32,000 nucleotides of DNA, taken from assembly GCA_003345555.1 (NCBI GenBank), contig PRDJ01000057.1, forward strand, positions 30,001 to 62,000. Direction: 5' to 3'. Shown piece by piece: positions 16,919-25,653 of the stretch (the stretch's first letter is position 1; every line of letters starts with the position of its first letter). The position numbers were made by a program, and so were the translations under genes. The notes below the pieces were generated by a model. It was not told where the DNA came from and searched no databases. It saw only the letters and a list, made by a program, of their open reading frames with translations. The DNA comes from Candidatus Thorarchaeota archaeon (GTDB lineage: Archaea > Asgardarchaeota > Thorarchaeia > Thorarchaeales > Thorarchaeaceae).

Positions 16919-18004
16919 TTGCAGGCCGATGCGTATGAGAGACTAGCGGCTAGACTCAACAAGATGCCGCTTGGATTCCCTTCCGTTGAGGACGGAACCC
17001 ATCTGAGAATACTCCGATGGATCTTCACCCCTGAAGAAGCTGAGATTGCTAGTCAGATGAAGCTCAGAGGCGAAACCGCAGAGGAACTAGCGAACCGACT
17101 TGGATTGCGGCTCAGAAACGTGCAGACGCGACTTGAAGCAATGGCAAGGAAAGGTCAGATCAGAGCATGGGACTCGAGCACGGGCAGACGATATGCTCTG
17201 ATCGTCTTTGTAGGAGGAATCTGGGAAAACCAGCTCCGGAGAATGGACAAGGAGTTTGCCCAACTTGCCGAGGGCTACTTCAGCAAGAGCGTGGGCAGGG
17301 GGCTGTTCGATACCCCTCCGGCACTATTCAAGGTGATTCCTATCAATCGTGCAATTCGTCCGGAGCTGGAGGTATATCCATATGAGATCGCACAATCAAT
17401 GGTGCAGGATTCAAAATCCTGGGGACTGAGAGAGTGCATGTGCAAGAAACAGAAGCAGGCAGTAGGAGAACCCTGCAAGTTTCCGTCCTCAGTGTGTATT
17501 CTCATCAGCCCGAACAAAGAGCATGCATACGACAATGACTCCTTCACAAAGGCGATTACGAAAGAAGAGGCGCTTGCGGTTCTTCATCAAGCCGAAGAAG
17601 CGGGACTAGTCCATTGCTCAATGAACGTACAGACCGGGTATTCTTACATATGCAACTGCTGTACCTGTTGCTGTCTGATGCTGAGAAGTCTTGTCAAGTG
17701 GAAGCAGCCACACGCCTTTATCAGGTCAAACTACATGACACAGGTTGACGCAGAATCATGCACTGGTTGCGGCCGATGCATTGAGAGATGCCAATTCGGG
17801 GCATTGAGCATTCCTGAGAGCACATGTGAGGTTGACTCGAATCTTTGTGTCGGCTGCGGTGTCTGCTCCATGGCCTGCAAAGAAGGTGCACTCAGCCTAA
17901 GAGCAAGAAGCCCGGACGATACAACTACTCCTCCCGCATCTAGAGAGGAATGGATGACACTAAAGGCGGAATCGAGGGGTGTGGACCCGTCGGACTTGTT
18001 CTAG
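16919..18004 (+). CDS. HTH + Cys-rich + 2x[4Fe-4S] ferredoxin-domain protein, paralogue 1
   Basis: ECMCKK, AGLVHC, ICNCCTCCC, CTGCGRCIERC, CVGCGVCSMAC. Confidence 0.85.
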   Translation: MQADAYERLAARLNKMPLGFPSVEDGTHLRILRWIFTPEEAEIASQMKLRGETAEELANRLGLRLRNVQTRLEAMARKGQIRAWDSSTGRRYALIVFVGGIWENQLRRMDKEFAQLAEGYFSKSVGRGLFDTPPALFKVIPINRAIRPELEVYPYEIAQSMVQDSKSWGLRECMCKKQKQAVGEPCKFPSSVCILISPNKEHAYDNDSFTKAITKEEALAVLHQAEEAGLVHCSMNVQTGYSYICNCCTCCCLMLRSLVKWKQPHAFIRSNYMTQVDAESCTGCGRCIERCQFGALSIPESTCEVDSNLCVGCGVCSMACKEGALSLRARSPDDTTTPPASREEWMTLKAESRGVDPSDLF

Positions 18005-18030
18005 CTTAGATGGCCTGAGATTGGGATGTT

Positions 18031-18046
18031 GAGATGCAATCATCTC
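18031..18046 (+). terminator. short hairpin downstream of Fe-S protein 1
   Basis: GAGATG-CAAT-CATCTC, 27 bp after the stop. No U-tract. Confidence 0.25.
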
Positions 18047-18217
18047 GCAGGTTGATTACACTGGCTACGAGTTAGTGACCGGACTCCAGATCCCGGGCTT
18101 GCTAGTTCAAGCAGATGTACGATAGACCTTTGAGTGTTCGTTCTCTGATGCTTATTGGAAATGAGCTGCGAGTCAGTTCTGTGCCTTCCAAGATCATCTA
18201 TGGATGGTTCAGCATAA

Positions 18218-19063
18218 ATGAGAGGTGTAGACATTGTGCTTCCTGGGGAGGACTTCACTCCAGGAGACTGCATCGTTGGAACAGTTGTGTGCATGTGTGA
18301 TAAGAGCTTCAACTGCAATCGAGTGACTCTGGTGTTGCATGGAGAGGAAATAAGCAGGGTAGTACATGGCTCTGGGAAGAGCAGGCATGTTCACAAGGAA
18401 AGAAGGGAACACGTGAATCAGGAGTTGGAACTCTCGGGACCCTGTGAGGTACCTGAGGGCGACAGCTCATATGAGTTCAGCGTATTCCTTCCCTCCGACC
18501 TGCCCGGGAGCTTCACTGGTCTGTATGGTAACATTGAATATACAATCAAGGCAAACGTGGAAATCTCTCGGGCCCTTGACAAGCAGTCGAAGAAGGTCAT
18601 CAATGTAAGGGTTGTTCCCCCACCTCCTGTTTCTAAGGGGGACCGCATGACACTAGAACGTGACGGGGTATCGATCCTGACCGTTGAGGTTGAGAACGGT
18701 GTCCTGAGACCGGGGCAGGCTTTTCCTCTGAGGTTCTTATTGTCCGGCAGTCCAAGGTTCAGGGGGGTGAGAGTACAGATTATCACCCGTGAGTCCGTGG
18801 CTCCTCAAGGAGTTCGCACAGAGCACGAGACTGCCATTGCAGAGGCATATTATCTGAAGGAGGAAATCCCTGAGGAAACTTGGATAGAAACGGTTCTTGA
18901 GGTGCCAACAGCGTGTCCTCCTCCATTCAAGACAGAACTGATCGAACTGGCATACTGGCTAAAGGTCACACTTGACATCCCGTTGCGTACCGATCAGACA
19001 CTGTTCATGCCCTTGCATTTCTCGATTGTTGGGCATCGGCTGGGTTTGGATACTACACTCTGA
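18218..19063 (+). CDS. arrestin-fold protein (alpha-arrestin/SpoOM-like)
   Basis: EGDSSYEFSVFLPSDLPGSFTGLYGNIEYTIKANVE fits the Arrestin_N G.h.y.F.f.LP..LP.SF.g..G.I.Y pattern. A second beta-sandwich ends in LAYWLKVTLDIP. Confidence 0.78.
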   Translation: MRGVDIVLPGEDFTPGDCIVGTVVCMCDKSFNCNRVTLVLHGEEISRVVHGSGKSRHVHKERREHVNQELELSGPCEVPEGDSSYEFSVFLPSDLPGSFTGLYGNIEYTIKANVEISRALDKQSKKVINVRVVPPPPVSKGDRMTLERDGVSILTVEVENGVLRPGQAFPLRFLLSGSPRFRGVRVQIITRESVAPQGVRTEHETAIAEAYYLKEEIPEETWIETVLEVPTACPPPFKTELIELAYWLKVTLDIPLRTDQTLFMPLHFSIVGHRLGLDTTL

Positions 19064-19409
19064 ATCTGCGTTTTATGCTGCCCTGATTCAGATATAGCAC
19101 GATTATGAGATTGATAACAAGCGGAATCCAAGAGATTTGTGGATACGAAATGAACGATACTAGAAGGTTTAGAATCGCGAACAGCATGTCCGCCCACCAT
19201 GCCCAAGGAGCCAACATCAGTAAGCCTATGCCGAGAAGCAAATAGAAGAGTCCTAGAATGAGTGAGGCTTGGGGAATGTTCAGCAGTCCCGGGCTTAACA
19301 CCCATTCTTGAAGCGGCCCGAGCATGTCAAGAGATCCGGCCAGCATCAACAATCCTACGAGCAAGTTGAGCAGGGCAAGTACAGCGACACCAGTGGGAGT
19401 TTTGGCCAT
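19053..19409 (-). CDS. small membrane protein (4 TM)
   Basis: TPTGVAVLALLNLL...GLLMLAPWAW. GGAGGT RBS 6 nt before ATG 19409. Confidence 0.75.
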   Translation of the reverse strand: MAKTPTGVAVLALLNLLVGLLMLAGSLDMLGPLQEWVLSPGLLNIPQASLILGLFYLLLGIGLLMLAPWAWWADMLFAILNLLVSFISYPQISWIPLVINLIIVLYLNQGSIKRRFRV

Positions 19410-19605
19410 CCGTGTACCTCCAACCGGGCTACACATGTCGGTCTATTATCTCTTTTTTGGCCATGATCCTTGCCGAGGCTTGTTCATCCATCATGAATGA
19501 TTGGTTGCGAGTAACTTCAAGCCGCCGAGGAGTACGGGGGGTCAGCCTCGTGCCTCTTGACGACTCCTCGCAACGGATAAATCCTACGGCGCCCTGACAG
19601 ACCAG

Positions 19606-21366
19606 TTGATATCCTCTCCGAGGTCTGAGGCGAAAACTGTCTTGACGAAGCATACGGGCGGCGAGATTGTTACAAATTGCCTTATCGAAGAAGGCGTGAA
19701 GTATGTCTTCGGAGTTCCGGGGGACCAACTCTATCCTCTGCTGGACGCTATAGGCAATTCTGGCAAGATCAAGTTCATCACATTTCGGCATGAGCAAGCT
19801 GCAGCACATGCGGCGGATGCGTGGGCCAGGACAACAGGTGAGCCGGGCGTTTGTTTAGGTACAGTAGGACCCGGAGCGGCTGACTTGGTTCCCGGCGTCT
19901 ATCCCGCGTTTGCAGACAGCATACCGATGGTCGTGCTCTGTGCTCAGAATCAATCATGGCGAATCTATCCCGATCATGGCAGTACGCAGGGACTGGATCA
20001 AGTGGACTTGTTCCGGCCGATTACCAAATGGAGAGCAAACGTGTCTCATTGGCAGAGGATTGCTCACCTAGTCCACTGGGCATTCAGGGAGGCAACCTCT
20101 GGTAGACCAGGGCCAGTACACTTGGATATACCCGCCGATGTACTATACCTGAAATGCGAGGACAGTACGCTAGAAGACGGCATAGTTTCCCGCGAGAGGT
20201 ATCGAATGACCCGGCCCCCGGTTGGAGACCCGGAGCTGATTAAGAAGGCAGCTACAATGCTGATGGGCGCCAAGTTTCCGCTCCTTCACGCCGGAGGCGG
20301 CGTGCTGGCATCTGGGGCTTGGAAGGAGTTTGTTGAGCTCGCCGACCATCTTCAAGCTGCCGTGACTACATCCGTCGGTGCTCGAGGAGCGATTCCTGAA
20401 GATCACCCATTGTCGTTAGTTCCGGCCGGCTTCGGCGCCATTGGTGCTCAATGCCAAGCCGATGTTGTCCTCTTAGTGGGTGGAAGACTTGCAGACCTGG
20501 ATTTTTGGGGTCGTCCTCCGGGATGGGCTGAAGCTGCCAAACAGAAACTGATTCAGATAGACATCGCTCCCGAGATGATTGCGCACAATAGGCCCGTTGA
20601 CATGCCCATAGTAGGTGATGCAAAGAGCACGCTCTCGGAAATCCTTAGGCTTGTCAAAGGAAAGCCCAAGGCGAAACCGCGACCCGAGATGAAGGATTGT
20701 CGTGAGGCACAAGATGGCTGGCTTGCCGATTTCGTGCAGCAGGGCAAGTCCGACAATGTGCCGATTCACCCTCTGAGAATGATAAGAGATGTGCGTGATT
20801 TCTTCCCGCGTGACGCTATCTCGATTGTTGACGGCGGCAACATAGCAGTCTGGGCTATCTACCTGAACAGGATATACGAGCCGCGAACTTTCCTCTGGCC
20901 GTCCGACTCGGGTCACCTAGGCGTTGGGACGGGCTATGCGATCGGTGCCAAGCTGGCCCACCCGGAGAAAGAGGTCTATGTCATTTCTGGGGATGGTGCC
21001 TTCATGTTCAATGTTCAGGAACTAGAAACGATGAGAAGGCTGAAGCTCCCCCTGACTGTTGTTATCGCAGATGACAGAGCATATGGTATGATTAAGGCAG
21101 GACAGAAGGGCCTCTATGGCGAAAGATACGTCGGTGTTGATTTTATCGACATCAGATACGATAGGCTAGCAGAGGCAACGGGATGCTTTGGTGTTCGGGT
21201 CGAGAGACCGCAAGACCTGAGGCCCGCGTTGGAAAGGGCGAGGAACTCGGGATTGCCCGCAATCATAGACGTGGTGATTGACCCCGCCGTGAACTTGGAG
21301 CCTCCAGACTTTCAGTCAGTTGCTTCGGTGTGGCTTGAGGGTTGTCAGCTTCCTGGTGGTGAATAG
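19606..21366 (+). CDS. thiamine-pyrophosphate-dependent enzyme (acetolactate synthase large subunit/HACL-like superfamily)
   Basis: VFGVPG, RHEQAAAHAADAWAR, GRPGPVHLDIPAD, SGDGAFMFNVQELET. Start may be TTG 19642. Confidence 0.9.
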   Translation: MISSPRSEAKTVLTKHTGGEIVTNCLIEEGVKYVFGVPGDQLYPLLDAIGNSGKIKFITFRHEQAAAHAADAWARTTGEPGVCLGTVGPGAADLVPGVYPAFADSIPMVVLCAQNQSWRIYPDHGSTQGLDQVDLFRPITKWRANVSHWQRIAHLVHWAFREATSGRPGPVHLDIPADVLYLKCEDSTLEDGIVSRERYRMTRPPVGDPELIKKAATMLMGAKFPLLHAGGGVLASGAWKEFVELADHLQAAVTTSVGARGAIPEDHPLSLVPAGFGAIGAQCQADVVLLVGGRLADLDFWGRPPGWAEAAKQKLIQIDIAPEMIAHNRPVDMPIVGDAKSTLSEILRLVKGKPKAKPRPEMKDCREAQDGWLADFVQQGKSDNVPIHPLRMIRDVRDFFPRDAISIVDGGNIAVWAIYLNRIYEPRTFLWPSDSGHLGVGTGYAIGAKLAHPEKEVYVISGDGAFMFNVQELETMRRLKLPLTVVIADDRAYGMIKAGQKGLYGERYVGVDFIDIRYDRLAEATGCFGVRVERPQDLRPALERARNSGLPAIIDVVIDPAVNLEPPDFQSVASVWLEGCQLPGGE

Positions 21367-22380
21367 TTGCGGGCCGCAGTGTTTGAGGGCACCCGGGAGA
21401 TTCACGTACGTGACGTACCCGAGCCAACCTTGGGTCCTCATGATGTGCTGCTCAAACCTATGTATGTCGGGATATGCGGCACTGATCTCAACGCTTGGCA
21501 ATATGGCATGTTCGAATCGGGCGTGACAATCGGGCACGAATTCTCCGGAGAAGTCAAGGAAGTCGGAAGAGATGTGACGAAGTGGTCACGTGGGGATCGA
21601 GTAGTGCCCAACTCGCTGCTTCCCTGCGGGGAATGCGGCTATTGTGTCAAGAAGAGATATTCACTATGCAGTGACATGCAGATGGTCGGAATCTCTATGA
21701 ACGGGGGCATGGCCGACCTTGTTTCTGTTCCCGAAGGCATACTCTATCGTTTGCCAAAGTCTGTCGATTACAGGAAGGGTGCGATGATCGAACCGCTTGC
21801 AGTCGTCACAAGGGCATTCGACCGTGCACAACTCGAGAAGGGCACGACTGTCCTAATCTTGGGCGCCGGCACTATCGGTCTTCTCTCTCTGCTTGTGGCT
21901 AAGGACAGACATGCCGGTCGCGTAATCGTATCCGAAGTCAAACCAGCGAGGCTGAACTTGGCAAAGAGTCTTGGAGCAGACGATACAGTGAATCCGCTTG
22001 AAGAGTCGCTTTCATTACGACTTGAGAGTATGACAGGTGCCCAAGGAGCCGATATCGTCGTCGAATGCACAGGCGCACCGGGTCCCAGTTCGGAGACGTT
22101 CAAACTTGTCAGGAGAGGAGGTACGATCTTAGTTCTTGGGATCTGTGAAGCGCCGGTAGAGGCTGATTTCATGACCGGTGTCTTGAACGAACTCAACCTT
22201 CAGTTCAGTTATCTCGGATATGCAGAGTTCCCGAAGGCAATTCAGCTCGTTAACAGTGGCAGAATCAACCCTGCACCACTCATAACTAGGGTGATTCCGC
22301 TTGAGCGCGTCGTAGAAGACGGATTTGAGCTGCTCACGAGTCCGAGCTGCTCAGATGTCAAAGTGTTGATACAAATATGA
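21367..22380 (+). CDS. Zn-dependent medium-chain alcohol dehydrogenase (threonine/sorbitol DH-like)
   Basis: GICGTD, GHEFSG, CGECGYC...C structural Zn site, GAGTIG Rossmann motif. Confidence 0.93.
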   Translation: MRAAVFEGTREIHVRDVPEPTLGPHDVLLKPMYVGICGTDLNAWQYGMFESGVTIGHEFSGEVKEVGRDVTKWSRGDRVVPNSLLPCGECGYCVKKRYSLCSDMQMVGISMNGGMADLVSVPEGILYRLPKSVDYRKGAMIEPLAVVTRAFDRAQLEKGTTVLILGAGTIGLLSLLVAKDRHAGRVIVSEVKPARLNLAKSLGADDTVNPLEESLSLRLESMTGAQGADIVVECTGAPGPSSETFKLVRRGGTILVLGICEAPVEADFMTGVLNELNLQFSYLGYAEFPKAIQLVNSGRINPAPLITRVIPLERVVEDGFELLTSPSCSDVKVLIQI

Positions 22381-22397
22381 CAGGAGGAGATTTTGCG

Positions 22398-22832
22398 ATG
22401 GCTAACAGGATGTTGCTTGGTAGTGATCAGTATCTGGCAGAGTTTCAAAAGAGACTCAGTGCTGACAAGGAATATGCAGAACTAGCAAAAGGGGTCGATG
22501 ACACATACACACTCGTGTTGCAGGCAGAGCCTGACAAAGGGGTCCCAGAAACCATGACCGTGGGGTTCGGTATTAATGCAGGAAGAATGACTGCCATGTG
22601 GAAAGGTGAACGCGAGACGTCGTTCATACTCAGCGCACCCTATGGCGTTTGGGTCGACATACTGCTCGGGAAGATTGGAGCGAACAGGGCCTTCATCACA
22701 CGGAAATTGAAGATCGTAGGAAACATGCCGCGGCTCCTTAAGACTGCCAAGGCCACCGAGAGGCTTGTGGAAGTGCTGCGTGGCGTGCCAACCTCACTAC
22801 ACGGCAAGTATGCAGACCAATCGTTTGGCTGA
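22398..22832 (+). CDS. SCP2 sterol/lipid-binding domain protein
   Basis: FILSAPYGVWVDILLGKIGANRAFITRKLKIVGNM matches the SCP2 C-terminal pattern. AGGAGG RBS. Confidence 0.8.
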   Translation: MANRMLLGSDQYLAEFQKRLSADKEYAELAKGVDDTYTLVLQAEPDKGVPETMTVGFGINAGRMTAMWKGERETSFILSAPYGVWVDILLGKIGANRAFITRKLKIVGNMPRLLKTAKATERLVEVLRGVPTSLHGKYADQSFG

Positions 22833-23007
22833 ATGTGACCAAGTGGTTCTGTTACAATCAGGGCAACCTTCACTGCTCCTGAAGTCTGGAGTAGTTGTCG
22901 TTCTAACATAGATCAATGAATAGAGGAACGGAGGAAGCAGGTTGCCGTGTTACTCCGGTGGAGTTAACGCCTATTTGGATACAAGGCTAGAGAAGTCAGT
23001 CACTGTC

Positions 23008-23367
23008 ATGAGTACTCGGGCGAAGGACTTGGAACCGTGGTCTCTGACCGGAAGCAACAGGGGTGCCCTGCTCAGGAGACTCCTTGTCTTGCTTCTTCTG
23101 CTCGATTTGGCCGCAATGGTACCTCTCGCACGATATGTCGCAGGTGACATTGTCAATGGGTTGTACTGGCTGTATCCTGGTATGACCCTATTTCCAGTCC
23201 CGCTCGACCTAGGGTCGGTCATAACAGTAACGGCGCCACTTGACGCCATTGATGCATTTGTCTACGTGCTTTTCATATCCAACGGAATATGGATTGCATG
23301 GACCGTTGTTGCAATAGTGTACATTTTCTATCCTGTCTTCCGCAGGCTCAAGCTTCGCAAGTCTTGA
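23008..23367 (+). CDS. hypothetical small membrane protein
   Basis: Two to three hydrophobic segments and a basic C-terminus. Start uncertain (22942/23008). Confidence 0.6.
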   Translation: MSTRAKDLEPWSLTGSNRGALLRRLLVLLLLLDLAAMVPLARYVAGDIVNGLYWLYPGMTLFPVPLDLGSVITVTAPLDAIDAFVYVLFISNGIWIAWTVVAIVYIFYPVFRRLKLRKS

Positions 23368-23487
23368 GATTGGCAGAGCTGGAGGGGTCTTGGCGGAAGA
23401 GTTAATGAGACGTGCCGCCTTCGAAATACTCAGATAACGACAGAAGACTTAATCGGAATTGAGTCTGGCTGATAAGAGGTCACATCG

Positions 23488-24573
23488 ATGCCCACAAATC
23501 CATATGAGCGGCTCGCCGCAATACTGGACAAGATACCTAATGGCTTTGTACATACCAAATCCGGCGCACACCTGAGATTGCTCAAGTGGATATTCACTCC
23601 GGAGGAGGCTGACCTCGCGAGTCGGATGAAGCTTAAGGGTGAGACTGCAAGCGAGATTGCTGTTCGCCTCAAGCTGAACGAGAAGGATTTGAAGAATCGC
23701 CTTGAGAAGATGGCCGAGAAGGGCCTCATCCGCGCATGGACATCCAGCACTGGTAGACGTTATGCCCTGATGCCTTTCGCAGTGGGAGTGTATGAAGAAC
23801 AGCTAGGTCGAATGGATAAGACCTTCGCTCGTTTGATTGAGGATTACTACATGGATGCAAGAGGGTCGGGTCTATGGGAAGCAGAACCTCCAATCTTCAG
23901 AGTCATTCCTGTCAACAAGGCGGTGCATTCTGAGCTTGAAATCTTTCCGTACGAAGTCGCCGAGGAGATGATTGAGACTTCGAAGGCATGGGGCGTCCGA
24001 CAGTGTATTTGCAAGAAGCAACAGGGATTGCTTGGCAAGCCATGCAAGTATCCATCCACAGTCTGCATTGTCTTGTCCCCCAAGAAGGAAAACGCGTTTG
24101 ACGAGGACCATCTCACGAAGGCAGTGACGAAGGATGAGGCGTTGCAGATTCTGCATAAGGCGGAAGAAGCGGGGCTGGTCCATTGCTCACAGAACATGCA
24201 GAAAGGGCATTTCTACATCTGCAATTGCTGCACATGCTGTTGCGGCATACTGCGGGCCGTCGCACAATGGGAGCTGCCATATGCGCTCGTCAAGTCAGAC
24301 TACGTCGCTACGGTGGATCCAGAGCTGTGCGCCGGATGTGCTACTTGCGAAGACCGATGCCAGTTCGACGCGCTGAAAGTTGTCGATGATGTCTGCCATG
24401 TGGACGCCACGAGATGCATCGGATGCGGTGTATGCTCAGTGACCTGTCCTCAAAGTGCTCTTACATTGACGATGAGGGACCCTGCGAAACGGAAGGTCCC
24501 GCCTGAAACACTCATGGACTGGATGGTCGAGAAGGCCAAATCCAGAGGAGTCAATCCATCCGATTTGCTCTGA
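23488..24573 (+). CDS. HTH + Cys-rich + 2x[4Fe-4S] ferredoxin-domain protein, paralogue 2
   Basis: Same 361-aa length as 16919-18004 and aligns without gaps. ICNCCTCCC, CAGCATCEDRC, CIGCGVCSVTC. Confidence 0.85.
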   Translation: MPTNPYERLAAILDKIPNGFVHTKSGAHLRLLKWIFTPEEADLASRMKLKGETASEIAVRLKLNEKDLKNRLEKMAEKGLIRAWTSSTGRRYALMPFAVGVYEEQLGRMDKTFARLIEDYYMDARGSGLWEAEPPIFRVIPVNKAVHSELEIFPYEVAEEMIETSKAWGVRQCICKKQQGLLGKPCKYPSTVCIVLSPKKENAFDEDHLTKAVTKDEALQILHKAEEAGLVHCSQNMQKGHFYICNCCTCCCGILRAVAQWELPYALVKSDYVATVDPELCAGCATCEDRCQFDALKVVDDVCHVDATRCIGCGVCSVTCPQSALTLTMRDPAKRKVPPETLMDWMVEKAKSRGVNPSDLL

Positions 24574-24614
24574 GCCGGTCATGCCTGCTTTCATTGCATT
24601 TGTCCATATGATTT

Positions 24615-25634
24615 ATGAGCCGTAATGACAAGTGCGCGTCAGTGATACCTACAGCAAAGGAGTTTCAAGATCCGGTCATGACACGACAGCGTGCGAGAAA
24701 GTACATCCCTCACTTGGCGAGGTTCAGCTTCAAACCCACATTTGACTGGACAATCGACGAAGCAAGTGAGCTCTACGCAGCGACTAGGCCGTCTTCGTCG
24801 GAAATGCGGCTTGACCACGTGTTTTTCGAGGACTGCGTGAGTGGCATGGCTCGTCTTCCTGACGAATGTATTGATCTCGTAATTGCAGATCCTCCGTTCG
24901 GAATCGATTTTGATGGAAAAAGCACGGCGTACAATCGAGATAGTGACTACGTTCTCGAGGGCTATGAAGAGATACAATACTCGTACAGTGACTTTACTCG
25001 GAAATGGGTGCACGAGTTGCCAAGGATTCTGAAACCTGATGGATCCGCTTACATATTCAGCGGCTGGACCAATCTTGAAGACGTACTCAAGAGCGGGCGA
25101 GAGGAAGGTCTCACCCTCCTGAATCATATCATCTGGCACTATCCCTTTGGCGTCTACACAAGAAAGCGGCTGGTTACTAGCCACTATCACATACTTCTGT
25201 TCGTGAAGAATCCCCGTGGCTACTTCTTCAACAAGTTCGAACATTACCCGGAGGATGTCTGGCGAATCAAACGTCCCTATCGCATAGCACAGACCAAGAA
25301 TGGTACGCGTCTTCCTCTGAAGGTTGTAAGCAGATGCATTGACTTCTCATCCGTGCCAGGCGATGTCATTCTCGATCCGTTCATGGGTAACGGTACTACT
25401 GCTGTGGCAGCCAAGTCGAACTGGAGGCACTTCATTGGCTTCGAAACCAATGAACAGCTGAAACCAATCATAGAGAAGGAGCTTCAGAGTGTCAGACCTG
25501 GTGAGACCTACCGACCTTACGGAGAGAGACTACCAACGACAGAGGAGTTGGCCAAAATCTATCCCAAGGCCCATAAGCAGTTCCTTAGGGAGGTCACGGG
25601 CGATGACCGTTCATCAACCCGTTCTATTGATTGA
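24615..25634 (+). CDS. site-specific DNA methyltransferase, N6-A/N4-C, beta class
   Basis: Motif IV IADPPF precedes motif I ILDPFMGNGTTAVAA. IIWHY and HYHILLFVK are also present. Confidence 0.9.
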   Translation: MSRNDKCASVIPTAKEFQDPVMTRQRARKYIPHLARFSFKPTFDWTIDEASELYAATRPSSSEMRLDHVFFEDCVSGMARLPDECIDLVIADPPFGIDFDGKSTAYNRDSDYVLEGYEEIQYSYSDFTRKWVHELPRILKPDGSAYIFSGWTNLEDVLKSGREEGLTLLNHIIWHYPFGVYTRKRLVTSHYHILLFVKNPRGYFFNKFEHYPEDVWRIKRPYRIAQTKNGTRLPLKVVSRCIDFSSVPGDVILDPFMGNGTTAVAAKSNWRHFIGFETNEQLKPIIEKELQSVRPGETYRPYGERLPTTEELAKIYPKAHKQFLREVTGDDRSSTRSID

Positions 25635-25653
25635 CAAAATGAGATGAATCCCT

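Noticed and set aside
24639-25244. 201-aa minus-strand ORF
   Set aside because: Antisense to the methyltransferase, with no recognisable restriction endonuclease motif.
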